A stretch of 64,000 nucleotides of DNA, from positions 89,094,001-89,158,000 of the forward strand of contig OZ287750.1 in NCBI GenBank assembly GCA_965649765.1, given 5' to 3'. Positions 41,101 through 56,100 of this stretch are shown piece by piece. Position 1 is the stretch's first letter, and each line of letters starts with the position of its first letter. Source of the DNA: Bispira polyomma (Eukaryota). Made by a program: the position numbers and the translations under genes. The notes below the pieces were generated by a model, which saw nothing but the letters and a program-made list of their open reading frames with translations, was not told where the DNA came from and did no database searches.

Positions 41101-44100
41101 ATCAACAATGTAGACAAGAATCATAAGATAATGTAATTATAAATAAAATAGATAATAGTGTGATTGTGTAATACCTATTAACAATCAAAAAATGAAAAAT
41201 GTTCTTTTTTTTTAATTTACAACTAAAATCAATTTAATTCCATGAACAATAAATTCTCAGTGAGTCATATTAGACTAGTATTACAGTATTCACTAAACAT
41301 ATTGTTCTCACCTGAGCTCCAATGGCACTGGTTAGTCTGGTTGCATAGATGGCGATATCTAACAGTGGCTGTAAATCACAAAAGTAGACAAGTTTCACAC
41401 TACCTCATTTAATTTTTGTATAGACCTTTTTACAGCCAAGAGGTCACTGAGTGTGTGTTGTGGTGCATTATGTGTAAACCTCGCCCCCTTATTGCACATA
41501 TATTGGTCAATTGTACTGCAATTAATCTAAATGTGCATCTTTTCAACACTTAATATCCCTTCATAGTCAGAAGTCATTTAAAATCTAATATCCCTTTATA
41601 GTTAGAAGTCATTTAAAATCTAAGTGTTGATAAATGACTTACACATATTTTTTTTATCACCTGAAAAAAGGCAACAATTAAACCTATAACAATGTGAATA
41701 GGCTCTATTGCTTCATAATTTTTGTAAACAAATATTGGGTAATTCTGAGGGGGTCAATCTTGTGATATGGACAGAATATTCCCACCACTTGGTGACACAA
41801 TGTCAAAGGTGACACCATGTTTTGTTATTACTGCTGTCCTACAGATTTGTAAAAATATCTACCACTGGTATCTGGTGTCGATAAAGGTTTACCAGTATGC
41901 TGCACTTCATTTAGGTAAAAATCGTAGGGACATTGATGAATGGAGACATACTCAAGCCTCTGTGTTTAGTAAGGGGAATGACAGTTACTGGTGCTGGGTG
42001 GCTGTACTTGAGTCAAGTAAAGGAAAGGTTAATTTGTCCTTTGAATACCAGACAAATGGAGAGTATAAATTTGATTACAAATTCAATACAACAAACATCA
42101 CGAGATATTTTACCTTGCTTAAGTTAGAGTACAGCTCTCCTACACTTGAACACAACTTTTCCACATCTTGAGTCAGAAGTTGATCCGGGTTGGCGATCCG
42201 GTTGTCAAGGTTACTCATCTTGTAATAGGTAAATGTTCTGTAACACGGAATCACAAATTATAACCGATATCAAAGGAGACTATGTATTCACCAGGTTCAG
42301 TTAGTTTGATACCAGGTTACCAGGATTATACTAAAAAAACTGACCCGATTAACATGAAATTTGGTGAACGGACAGGAGAGAAGGTAAAAATAAGAGTCAA
42401 TTCAATTTGAAAATAGAGGACATGGATCTGCTTAGAAGAGCAGATGCACAAAGAATTGTCTGTCTTTTTGCCACTGTGGCACTTTGGTAGAGGTATGCAC
42501 TCTACTGAGTGTCCTTCTTATTTTTTCTCACTTTGAACACGTTTTTAATTTGGGTTAATAAATATTCCCCTATTATTATACATTGTACAAGATAACTATG
42601 CTCTTATTCTCTCTTTAACTTCAAGAGAGTAAAGAGACTTTCTGTTTTCTCTGAAAACCCACCAAGAGGGCTAAATCTAGAACTTTCTCAATCGCTGCCC
42701 CTATGTTAATGGCATAGTCTCCCAGTTAAGCTTAGATCACCAGAAACACTTTTCTAGGTTTTAGAACGCTATTTGGCCCACATGACCTCACACTATTTTT
42801 GAAAAAGTCACCATAGCAACCATCTTGTTGGTGAGATTTGGTGAAAAACATGCATCATACATTGTATCAACAGGATAAAGCCAAAATAAAACAGATTTAT
42901 TCTTTATCCCCTATCGGCCAAATTTCTGTAAAAAGGAAAATCACTTACTTTAGAACAAAGATATTGTTCATAAAAGGGTTGCCTACAATGTAACCATTTA
43001 CTTGTTTCTATGAAGATTCACTTTGACGTAAACAATGTCTGTCAATACTGATACATATTATAATGTATACATACGAGATACAATTTTCTGGAGTAAACTC
43101 CAACATTAAGATTAACATAACGGAGCAATTCTACTTTACCAGTACAAGATTTTAACAAGACTTTGCGTGAGTGATAAAATAAGGTAATTTAGTGTAATTT
43201 TGGGGGGGTTTGTAATGAATCGTCAAGATTTAAATTTACATGTAAACAACAAAATCTTGCATAAAACAAATCTCTTACCGGTAAAGTAGAAACTATCCAA
43301 CACAAACTCCATAGATACTTTGAAGTTAAACATTCACCTGGGATACTGTGTTTAGTTTGACGTGAACACTTAAGTGTACCTGTACACATGTACCTGACTA
43401 TACTGTTGTCTATACTATAACAAGTGTAAAAACTTACATCAGACACTATTTATACCGGTGTTCACTTACATGAGATACTGTTCACTATAACAAGTATAAA
43501 CACTTACATCACACACTATTCATATCGGTGTTCACTTACATGAGATACTGTTCATAATAATAAGTGGAAACACTTACATCACACACAATTCATATCGGTG
43601 TTCACTTACATGAGACACTGTTCACTATAACAAGTGGAAACACTTACATGACACACTGTTCACACAAATGTTTACTTACGTGAGATACTGCTCGTAGAGA
43701 TGCGTACTAAGTCGTGTTCGGAAGCGTAGCTTGAGTTCATTTAACCCATACTGGAAGTAGAATGTGGTTTATTGGTAAAACATTTACATGTACATAGATA
43801 TGTACAAGTTCAACTCTCTTTGTACAAACACGTTCTTATTTTGTCAAAATAACTTTACTATCATCAACTTTTAAATATGATCACAAGACAAAACTGCTTA
43901 AATTTAAATTTGGCAAACTTTAAAACCTTTACCCCATAATAACAGTGAACACTGAAAAAAAAAACTCCTCAATATCAATTTCCAACATTGATAATAAGTT
44001 TAAACTCTTTATAATAATAAAATAAATTCTTACGTATAGTGCTCACTGTGTGTGACTCTGGATGAAAACTATAGTTAACATAAAGTCATATGATAGTCAT

Positions 44101-47100
44101 ATACATACCTTTAAGATATTGTTCACCAGTGACATCTGCAAATTAAACACAACATTCATTGACTTTCAATTTGTAAGCAACATAGAAAACACTGAAAGAA
44201 AGGACAAGTGAATAGTCACAACAGATCATTCTGTATAACAAGAGTTGTCTTAAAAAAAGACATAGGCACCTATGATAAAATACACACTGTTGATATGGCC
44301 ACTATGAGTTGGCACCCCTACAAAAAATCATCTGACACCCCCTCAGCTTGGACGGTTGATTGTTTCCAACCAAACCAAAAAGGCCTTACATATTTTTTCT
44401 AAGATGGCGGCGCCCTTTTCAGAATGAAAACAATATCAGGTTGTGCCTGATAAAAACTCAAATACTCTTCAAAGTATGGTGTGTTGTTGAAGACCATAAT
44501 GATGTTTGTCTTTGACATATCGTGGGCTGTTGTTTTTTGATAGAAAAGCTAGATATACTTAAGAAGTGATTATTCTGACGTTACTTTCTCAAGTTAGGCG
44601 TCTGATTAACAAATTTAACCAAATTAGCTTGACAAAAACTTGCCATCTTCGACTTTTGTTGCTTGACCCTTGGTCGTCTGAACTACATTCTATTATTCTG
44701 TGGCATATTCCAGATCTATGGTTCATTTTTTACATTGCAAAACTTTCTAGTGTTAACTACCGACTTACAGCAGGCATGGCACAGACAAGTCTGAGGAGAT
44801 GCTTCTTAAACAGGGTTGAACTTCTCCCAATGATAGCACTGCAAGTATAAATACAAAATACTGACATGACCATGTAATTAACATTACTACTGTATAGTGT
44901 TACTAAGGGCTGGGGTGGCCTAGAGGTTAAAGGCACCTGCTTCACAATCACTGGCCATTCACTAGTCACCAAGTGGGTTCGAATCCTGTACATTCCTCCA
45001 TGTGGGAGTGTTTGGTCAGTTACTTGCTGGAGGTTACTGGTTTACCGTGGCTTTAGCACTGATTTCTTCCACTATTGAATATGGCTGTCGGAATATGACC
45101 TGAGCCGTTGAAAGTGACGTAAAACCCAACTAAAAAAATACTAAAGTACATAGTGTTATCACTAATTTATCCAAGATAATAAACGTGTCCACCTTTTCTT
45201 AACCTTTCTTGAAATTTTAATATTAACTGCTTACAGGGTATATGTTTCAGTATTGGTTGACTTAAAATTTTACCATGTTGTTTTACTGTATTAAAGAGTT
45301 TGAGTGGAATCTCAAAATACCAGAAGAAATAACTTGACTTAAGCAAAGTGGGTATACTGCCAACCTTCTTCCTAGGGTGGAAAAAATGAAAATGTAATAA
45401 GCAAGAATTATTATGTTTGGAAAAAAACATGAAAATTGAATCTTTTGGGGTCATAAAGGTGACCTTTGAACAATTCCTAAACTAACAATCTAAACAGAAT
45501 GTCATGAACATGTGGTCAGTTGTATGCAGAAAGAAGTTCAGTTTTGTCTTCAATGTATTTTGAAAAGAAGATTGCTAAAACAAATTGTGTTTTAAAATTG
45601 ACACAATTTTTTTTTTGAAGGCAATAAAGGAATTGGTTTAAAAAAATGTGCATATATATATTTATACTGCAGTCCAGTTAGTTTAAAATTCCTTTTCTGT
45701 GGAACCAAATTTGTTGGCTCCCAAAATATGCATATATTATTAAACAATCTCTGTTGCCATATTCTGTCTCATCACTCAACAACTTACCACACAAAGTGGT
45801 ATTTTATGGTATATATTACCTTTCAATAGAGGTTCCATTTTCAATCATCCAGACATCACAAAATGTTCTTGCTATTAAAGCTGCAGCGACCACCACAAGA
45901 TACCAGACCTAAAATAACAATTAATACCAAATATCATGTAAAATCTCCTGTGACTTTAAATGGTCGAGAACCTGCTAATTTTGGTAAGGATTCCAAGGTG
46001 GAGACGCAGTTTCTTCTGATGAGATTGCAGAGTCATATCATGGATGATAAGTAGGATGACGGTTCAATATGAATAGTCTTAAAAGTGAGGCCACTTACTC
46101 TAAATTGAACTAGAATTGGGCCAACTCAACAGATAGGTTAAAAAGATAGGTTTTATGCTTTTGCCTAAAACCAATAAGTGTGGCAACGGATGTGAGGTCG
46201 ACTGGGAGACTATTCCATAACTGTGGAGCTGCAGTGGAGAACGCTCTGAATCCCGCCTTCCTGATATGTCTGACCGAAGAGACAGAGTCTGTTGCCTCTC
46301 TTGCAGTTACTAAAGGAGAGAAGGGAGGAGAGAAGGGAGGCAAGGTAGGGGGGCTGTTGAGCGACTGCAGCCTTAAAAGTAGCAACGTGAATCTTGAACA
46401 AAATGCGAGAATGAATGGGCAGCCAGTGTAATTTTTTTAAAATAAGGAGTAACGTCTGTACGACAACCCAGGCGAAAAATGACCCTACATAGGTAGTTTT
46501 GGATGGACTGGAGCTTTTTAATATGTGACTTGTTTGCTCCGTACAAGAGAGAGTTGCAGTATTCGAGGCGGCTACTCACAAGGGCATTTGCCATAGTTAT
46601 CGCTGTGTCCATGGACAGGTAGTTTCTGATGAAGCAGAAACTTTTTTCAAGATTTCAGCGATGGCCGTCATTTTGTTTTTTGAAACAAGGCTAAAGTCAA
46701 TACCAAGCAATGTACTGACCTAATACACCTTCATACATAATTTGGTAATTCTATCTGCAATAGTTCTCCTTGAAATAAGCGAAGACAGTTTTCACGATTT
46801 TGCTGATGGCGAAATTAAATGTTTATTTAAACGGCCCAAAATCAATACCAAGCAAGCTACTGACAAAATACACCTCCGTATAAAATTTGGTGATAATATG
46901 GGTAATACTGTTTCTTTAAATGAACGGAAACCACAGCTACAGGACGGAGAACAATGGACGCTGACATGCACAAAAATGATATTTCATCCCTCAGGGTGGA
47001 CATAACAGACCTCAGTTGGGGAGCCAGCAAAGTGCCAACAGAATTCTGCAAGGTTTGAAACATGGTTTTTGAATATACAATTCTGCGAAGGTTGCTCTTG

Positions 47101-50100
47101 AATTTTCTGCAGGTTTTAAATTTGACACCTGCCTCAGATAAACTTGACAGCTACCTTTGATAAACTTGATACTTACTCTGATAAACCTGACACTTACCTC
47201 TAACAACTTGACACCTGCCTCTGATAAACTTGACACCTACCTCTGATAAACCTGACACCTACCTCTGATAAACTTGACACTTACCTCTGGTGTGAGCCAG
47301 CCTGGAACAAGGATCTTGAGAATCCGCCACAGTCGACGGAAGAACACTAAATCTACACCAGCCTTATCTCGCTTGCCCTTACTCTGTAAATAAAAACCAT
47401 GTGTCCCTTCATAGAACTTCTCCTCTGTGTTAATTACAGTAGAACTTCAATTATCCAAACTTATATTGTACAGATATTCAATTTTATGAACATACTTGCA
47501 CTCACTAAATTTAACATTTTCCCTATTTTTTTGTTCCAGTAACACCAAAGGTATACACTTATAAACCATGAAAATACAGTACAAATACAGTATAACCTCT
47601 ATTATCCAACATGTTGGGAAAGCAAGATACTGTTTGGATAATAGAAAGTTAATAAAATAAGAGCCATTTTAGTATAAGACAATAGACAAATATAAATTTT
47701 GGAGAGTGGAAATGAGTTCATATAATTTGAATATTCGGATAATTGAAGTTTGGACTGTTTGGTTAAATATATGTCCTACTTTATGACGCTTTACTTTTAC
47801 AGTATTAGCTTGACCGGTAGTCTACTAATTAATTCACTAATGAAGTAATTCAATTTATTTTAAAGGAATATAATGGATAGTTTGCGTTTCATACACATTT
47901 TTGTGTAGATCGTATTCAGAATGGATTTAAACACATTTTTAGTTTAGTTTTTTTAATTTATTTAGTGTTTTACTATTCCATATACAAATGGTACATTAGA
48001 ATACAATATCAGCCATGAAATGCAAATTAAATCTTTTGTATGCACTTTTGCATACATTAATAATCAATACTAGTTCCTGTGTGGAACATTAATCTTTCAT
48101 TCCAAGTTCGTTGTTTTCTTCTCAATTATGCATATACATGTACACATATGTATTATACTTATAAAATTATATACATATACAATAAAAATAGTACTTCAAT
48201 CAATCATACACATATTGGGATATATAGTCCACTGCATAAATCTGGTGCATTCTAATTTCCAGTCTTACCAGTTTTCAACGTCACTATTAAGATGTTTCTT
48301 GAATAAAAATGCTAATAGAAACTTTATAATCCTTGCAATAGAAAGGCTGTTGATTATATTAAAGTTTTTTTGTTTTGTTTTTTTGTGAGCCATAAGAACC
48401 CTTAACTTATGGTAACTGCTATGAGATAAAAGACATACAAGATATTTATTTAATAGACTGGAAAGTGGTACAACCAGCATGCTTGTATTTCAGATATAAC
48501 ATTATCCTTGATAGACTACCTTTAACTGTCTCTTTAAATACCACATGAACTTTCAACTTAAATTTAAGAAAATGTAGGGCATGGGCTCTAGTCCGCTCTA
48601 CAGAGAATGTGGTTTTCTGTTTACACTTTTTACTGTATTTATAGACAAGAGGAAGTGACCTTGCGGTCACAAATATCGGAGACATGTATCTATTTTTTAA
48701 GCTGTCTGCCTAAGAATTGAATATATTATACACTTTATTATTATGCCATGTTGGTTCAATGGCCGTGTACCAGACGTTTGCTGTCGATTCCGAAAGGGAC
48801 CCGGTCACTAATTGGTGGTCGAAATGGATTCCAAAAATGATCTATATGATGATGAATGGGGTTTTCCTAGACAAGCGTACATCAGTAAATCAAAGCATCG
48901 TCGAGGACAGAGAATACGTAGGAACTTCTGTTATCGCCTATTACTCAAATCTGCGGTAGCAATACTATATAAATACAAACTACAACTTTGCAAACCTCAT
49001 TTTATACAAACCATTGAAGAATGTGGCTTCAAAATTCGATGCAATTTCCTTAAATAACATTTTATTTCTCTCTCATAAAAATTAAAACCGCCTTTACCGA
49101 AAACTGACGTCATAAACATAATACTTTAAAACGAAGCTGTATAAAGCAGGGGACTTTCCAACTTTTGCTATAGCCCATTACTTTTGTTATAGCCCATTGA
49201 AGAGTGTGGCTTCAAAATTCGATGCATTTCGATACGATTTATATTTTATTTCTAATTTTATTTGATGTTTTCACTGTATGGTTATATATTGCTGGGAAAA
49301 CCCGACCTACTGCGCACACACTTGCGCATTTACGCATTCGCATTGAAGACGTACCCCAAATCAGCCAATCCCAACTCGACTAAGATGAAATTAAGTCAAA
49401 CACCATATTGGAGTATTCTTTACTACTATTTACTAACAGAGATCGACCAATAGAAATCGTTGCCACAGAAATTTGTAAATAAAGTACAGCTATAAACTAC
49501 AATATTTCGAGGCGAAAGCGAGGCGCTAATTGATGGTGTATAATACTCAGCATCGCTTTGAAGTAAAAATAAGGTTTCAGATGGGGCGAGTTCCTGATTG
49601 GCGGATTAAAAAATCAATTAATATCATGTGAGCATCTGTTATTTACCACATATATGGCGGTTTCGGAAGCTATCGAAGTCTTACAAACTAAAAGAAATTT
49701 TGATGGAATGAAGCCACTATATGAGCAGATAAGGTGAGATTTTGTCAAACTGTCATATAAAAATATTGTTTATTGAATTAAGGCAATTTCTTGGCTTTTC
49801 GCCACTTCTCGCCCATCGTTTTAAGAAATAGAATTCATCTTCTGTTTAAGGTCTTTCTTGTACACAAATTAAAGACTGTAGTGTGGTGCCGTCTAGCGGT
49901 CGAGACCAAAGTTAGAAGGCATGCATTCTCGCAAGTAAGAAGCCAAATTGGAAGAAATAGATTTTCCCGTCAGTGTGGGTGTATATATATCGCATATATA
50001 TTCCCAATCCTAGTCTTTGTCACACATATATATTGAAACCTATTGAAACCTACGAATCTGACTGGCCCCACGAAAAATGGACATAACAAAATATGCGGTA

Positions 50101-53100
50101 ATTGCGAGGTCAAAGGTTAAATCTTATTTTACAAACAAAATAAAAAAATAAATAGATATATTAATGCTTCTGACTCGTTCTTAGTACCAACCACGTGTAA
50201 CTGTTAAAAACCGACTTAAAACGAAACTGGTAGAAAGTGCTGTCTACAGACCAAAAACATCCATCTCGTACATGATCTCAGCGGGCGGAGCCCGCCGAGA
50301 TGAAAAATGGGGTAGGCTATTATGATGGCATGCATGGGCTATACAGAGAGTGTCCCCTGTATATCTGGACAAAAATTGTCTTACATGCCACACCTTATCT
50401 TTTTTCTAAATAATATTATATAAAAAAAGATTGGATCATAAAAAACTATAATCAATGCAAGGTGAAATTTTGTTGCAACACCATCATTTGGTCCAACAAA
50501 TTTATTGTCAGATTCATTTTTACTAAGCTATGCCATTGTCACTGTCATTTATAAAGCAAGAAATTAAAATTTCTTACAGAGAATATGTAACACAGAGAAG
50601 CAAAACTAGAAAACAGTTGAAATAATAATGAAATTGTTTAGTGTACAAGGTTTGATATTGTTTAAAAGTTGACATATAAGCAGAATCAGCACTTTTGGTC
50701 GAATATAAGCTCGAAATCGCTCTATGTAGCACCATATCCGAGATAACAGACGTTTTCTAAAAAGACGCAGAAATTGAAGATGGTTGCCGAAATCGAAAAT
50801 TACTTTAAAAGTTTACATAGAGGCAAAATCAGCCCTGTGGATCGAAAATGAGCTTAAAATCACTCTATCTAGCACAGTTTCCGAGATAAAGGACATTTTC
50901 GAAAAATACGCAGAAATTCAAAAAATTTTAATTTTTTTAAACTTTACATAAAACCAAAAATTAGCCCTGAGGGTCGAAAATGAGCTTGAAACCGCTCTAT
51001 CTGGCACTGTTTCCGAGAAAAAGGATATTTTTGAAAAAGACGCAGAAATTCAAGATGCCGCCTAAATCGAACATTTTTTTAAAAGTTTGCATATAAGCAA
51101 AATCAAAATCAACCCTGTGAGCTCAAAACCGATCTATCTGGCACCATTTCTTAGATAATGGACATTTTCGTAAAAGTTGCAGAAATTCAAGATGGCCGCC
51201 AAAATCGAACATTTTTTCAAAAGTTTACATATAAGTAAAATCAACCCTGTGGATCGAAAATGAGCTCAAAATCGCTCTATCTAGCACCGTTTCCAAAATA
51301 ACGGACATTTTCGCAAAAGATTGATCTAAAAATTTACGGACATTTATGCTTTGGTATTTGCAATGTGCAAGCCAAATTTCATTGAACTATGACAAGTACT
51401 TCAAAAGAAAAGTTGATAAAAGTGCAAGATAGAGCAAAATACTCATTTAAAGTACTCAGTACTCATTTAGTACTGAACTTAGAACTGTGGGATTTTTACC
51501 TGATACATAAAATCAAAAAGTAGATGAATAACTTACACCAAGAAAATGCCGTAATTGCAATAGTTTCCAAAATAGCAAAAAAGTACGGATTTATTGCATT
51601 TCAATAAAAATCAATCGGTTGGCAATTGGTCAATTATCATCCGATTAATCTCATCAGCGTCTCCCGTCCTGAAAATTGCCTTACCAAGGTACATACCAAA
51701 TTTAATCGAGCTATGATGAATACTTTCTGAGAAAACCTAGTGACAAGCACTTTTACACCCCCAGGGTCACCTGACATTTAAGTAGGCCAAAGTTCAAAGC
51801 CAAGAATATGAAAAAAAATTTCCCACTCCTGGTTAAGAGAACTGCCAAAAATAATTTTGATGCAGATAATATTGAAGGAGATATTCAAGGAAGACCATGC
51901 GGCGGCGGCAGCACCACAGGTGGCGGCAAGGAAATCAGGGGTGAAACCAAATAAGCGGCTTTTTCAAGGGATGCTTAATTAATATAGTATGTAGCAAAGA
52001 GAAACAAAATTAATATAGTTTCCACTAACATCTACTCAAACATGTTGAAGTCAGTGAAATATTGGAGACACATATGCAATATAACTATTATGTATATCAT
52101 ACATGTACTAATGTATTTCCTAAGGATGCAACGAGCCGGCAAAATGGGCCCTGGTTACTCGCTATGTGAAACTCGATTTGATGCCGTTTACTTTCTGCCA
52201 ACCGTAAAAATATATAAATTGTAAATACTAAAGAAAGCGGTGGTTTTGGGTCAAAATATTAAGTTTTGATGTCTAATTATATATAATTTTATGTTCATGT
52301 ACAGTTTAATGTATTGTATGTGTGTCAGAAGTAAACTTAGCAAGTAATCAGATTCTCATTTCTGCCACAAGCCAAACCACTTTGTCTGGGATTAACCGAC
52401 TACTCGTTCCACCCTTAGTATTTACTGGTTGTTGACTTTGCTATAGGTATGATAGGCGAGCTGGTATCATAAAATAACGCCACATTAATATTTCTAAAGC
52501 GGTATTTAGGTTTTCATGAAAAATGAAAGCTTACACAACCCCTTAAACATATTCATGTATTAATTTTACAGATAAGCATTAAAAAGAGCAGCAAATTGGT
52601 ACATTAGTGACATCTTCTATATTCCTGACTTTTTTTCTCCGAGCTAAGTTACCAAGCACTTCATATACACATACTTACTTCACCGATAACATACTTCACT
52701 TGTTCTCCTTTCCTAAAAATAAAAAAAAGAAACAAACCATTGTTGTAATAAGGCACTCAAATTGTACATGTAAAGCTAGAATACTGGAAAGTCAGGGTGA
52801 AGTAAAACGGAGGCATACTTAAACTAGAAACTGGTTTTACAGTGTCCCTGAAATAAAAGCAAAAAAAGTGGTTTCAGTGTACATAGTTGGAGTAAGGTTT
52901 AGTTTAGTGATATTTATGAAAAAGTAATATTTTATATATTTGAAAAATCATAGAGGAATTTATAATGTAGACGAACAACTTGTGCGAACAAAAACCTGAA
53001 ATCCCAATAGTTTCTAAGATAAGAGCCCACATAGGAGCAAAGTTTTACATATAAATCAAAAATGAATCACCTGTCAATCAGTCAATAATCACTCGATTCA

Positions 53101-56100
53101 GAGTCAATTGATCTAACAATTCACAGACGTCTAAGCATTCATACTTGCAATGTGCATGCCAAATAGTATTAAGCTAGAAATCTAGTTTAACAAGTGTGAC
53201 TTGTAGCTCCCAAAATCACTAGACAAAGTTGTAAAGAGGGATAACACCTTTACCTGTATCTACACAAACATATCATACAGTTAAACATTTACACAACAAA
53301 GTGAACAAACACAATAAATTTATGTCAATTTCATCTGGATCGGGCACAATGGTCTTAAAAATTGACGCAGAAGGAAATTACATGAATCGATCGTTTTTTT
53401 TGGGAGTGATTAACTGTATATGGTTAAATTCTGTAAATATATTTTGTGATTATATGCAAATTTATTATAGCCAAAACAATATTTTGAGTTTAATTGTAGT
53501 TGTCAAAACGGTCCCCCTTTTATGGCCTGGTTGAGTCGAAACAGTGTTTAACACATAGTACTAACAGGAATTGACAAGAAAAGAACCGAAGTACCAAAAA
53601 TATATGATGAGAAATAGAAGAATATTTTACACAAATACAACTGTTTCAGGAATGTGAAATTTTCTAAAAAGTAATACATACATGTAAGACACTTAGTCAA
53701 ACAATTATATGTAGCATATTGTTGGTGGTAATAATACCTTGCGAGGCAGTCAAATCAATTTATGTTTTAATACTCTCAATTAAGGCATTCCACAGAATAC
53801 TTAGCAAGGTACATTAAATAAAGATTAGTCCTATTTCAACTTTCCCATGTTTATTTCAGGAAAGAGCTGAATTTGGTCACGTCGCAGAATTCTGAAATTG
53901 TTTCCAATTACGTTAACAAAACAAATTGGCAATTTATGATAACTTTTATTTAAACAGTGAGTTCGTATGCAGGGATAAATTTCCCAGCATCGAACAAAAA
54001 CGTATGTTGAGAAATAATTTATTTTGAGAAGCGCATACCAGGAAATATTAAATTCATAAAACTTCGTTCCAGGAAGTAATTTTCAGTCAAATTCGTTCCG
54101 AGAAGTATTTTTTAATAATTACTTATTCTATTTTATTATCATGCTTTTCTTTTCATTAAAATTCGTTATGAAATGCTTAAGGTATTCAAGTTTAAATACG
54201 GTTAATTTCTTCCACGTCATATGTGAAGATATAAGGTAATATATGTTAGCAATTACTGACGAGTCTAAGGTCAGAAACAGTTAAATAACCTTATATGGAA
54301 GTTAGTGCTTTGGGGTGCTCCTAATGATGATATATTGCCTAATTGGTATCAAATTCTTCCATTGTCGCTCAAAAACACATGCTCCTCTTCCGAGCCATGG
54401 ACTTAATAAAAAATAAGGTCTGCAGATATATTAGTTTATTTATATATTATTTGATGATTCTTTACTAAAGAATGATGACAAATTATTAGAAAATTAATTT
54501 CTACATTAAAACATTATTATGTAATTACATAATATATTTTATGCTTCCTGGTATGTGCTTCCTGGTATATGCTTCCCGAAGTCTATTAATTAATTACTTC
54601 CCAACTTCCTAGCATACGTTTTCATTCTAAGAAATTTATTCCTGCATCCAACCACTACTTTATGTAAATATACATTATCAAATGAAAAACTTTTGCACTG
54701 ACTGAGACCATGCCTCACGTGGAACTAGAATTAGGAACTACTGCCACTCGTCATTAATTAATTGTATAATACCCACACCTCACAAACTCAAACAAATACA
54801 CATAATCCCTACCTAATTCCTAACCCATGCCTCGGTCAGCTGCACACAAAGGCTATTGAAAACTTTTACTCCAATTGTCAACAAAGCATGGCACGACTTA
54901 TGATATTCTGCAGCATCTGTGGTGGAGTAGGATTAAGGTAGTACTGTAACAATTTAGAACACTATCTGAGTTTGGTTGAAAATTCAAATGTCAATTGCCT
55001 TTTGTGGCAGTTGGATGAGTTACATTATTTACCACTGTCAAAATTCAAATCTTGATTGTCTTTTGAAGCACTAATTGCCTTTGTGTTAGTCATTTGGATT
55101 ACTGTGTGTCACACACCTTGTCAACTTACTGAATCCAGCCTAATTACAGTTATCAGTCATCACTCTCAAATCTGTGGGGTACTATCATTTACTTGTGTTT
55201 ACACATTGTGATACATGGATTCATTGAATATTGCTATTTCCGCTCTTTTCAAAGATTATTTTACACAGATTTATAAGATGGCATCTATAACTTCTATTTT
55301 TTCTCTGGGTCAGAAGTTTGATTTCTTTGTGGAATTGGGTTCTGCTATAAAGGAGTATCAGACTCTTCATTTCTGCGATTTGAAATGTGGCAAATGTAGA
55401 AAAGTATTGAGCAATTCTGAGTCCATAGGCTGCAATTCCTGTCTGGACTGGTATCATATGCTAGGAATTAAACTAAAAAAGGTTCCAAAGATTAAGTATT
55501 GGTATTATGCCCATTGCAAGTAAGTATCTACAAGGAAAAAAAATTTCACAGTATTTTGTACTTTTAATCCCACCAACTAAAAGAACCAAATTTTGGTCAC
55601 AAATGTCCTCCTCCATCACAAAAAAAAAAATTACAAATGGTGAATATTGAGCAAAGAGACAGTCTTTTAGGTTGTTTTTTTAATATTATAAGGTTATATT
55701 TCATTAATTGTTTGAAGTATAATTTTTTTAAGGATACGTTTTTGTTACTTTTACTTTAATTATTTATGACGAGTGGTGATAGCATTTAATTCTAATTCCA
55801 CGTGAGGCAGGGAACTAACTCTGGCAAAAAACTTCTACTTGGAAAAATACCACGAAGTTACAGTTCAATTTGTGATGAAATTCAAAAACAAAAATTATAC
55901 CCATGAATAGTTGCTACATTAACCACTGTGTCAAGTAAAATAAGGGCAATAAAACTTGAAATTGTTTTTTAAAACATAAATTTGCTACTGAGTTAGGTTC
56001 CAGAATTTAAACTTTTTCGAATTAAGGAACTTCAGGGTTGCACAATATGGGAAGATTTTCCGAAATTCTGCGACGTTCCGGAATTCTGCTCTTTCCGAAA

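Noticed and set aside
41767-42171. 134-aa plus-strand ORF and the many other 60-110 aa ORFs
   Set aside because: No recognisable domains; antisense to exons or inside AT-rich introns and repeats, as expected by chance
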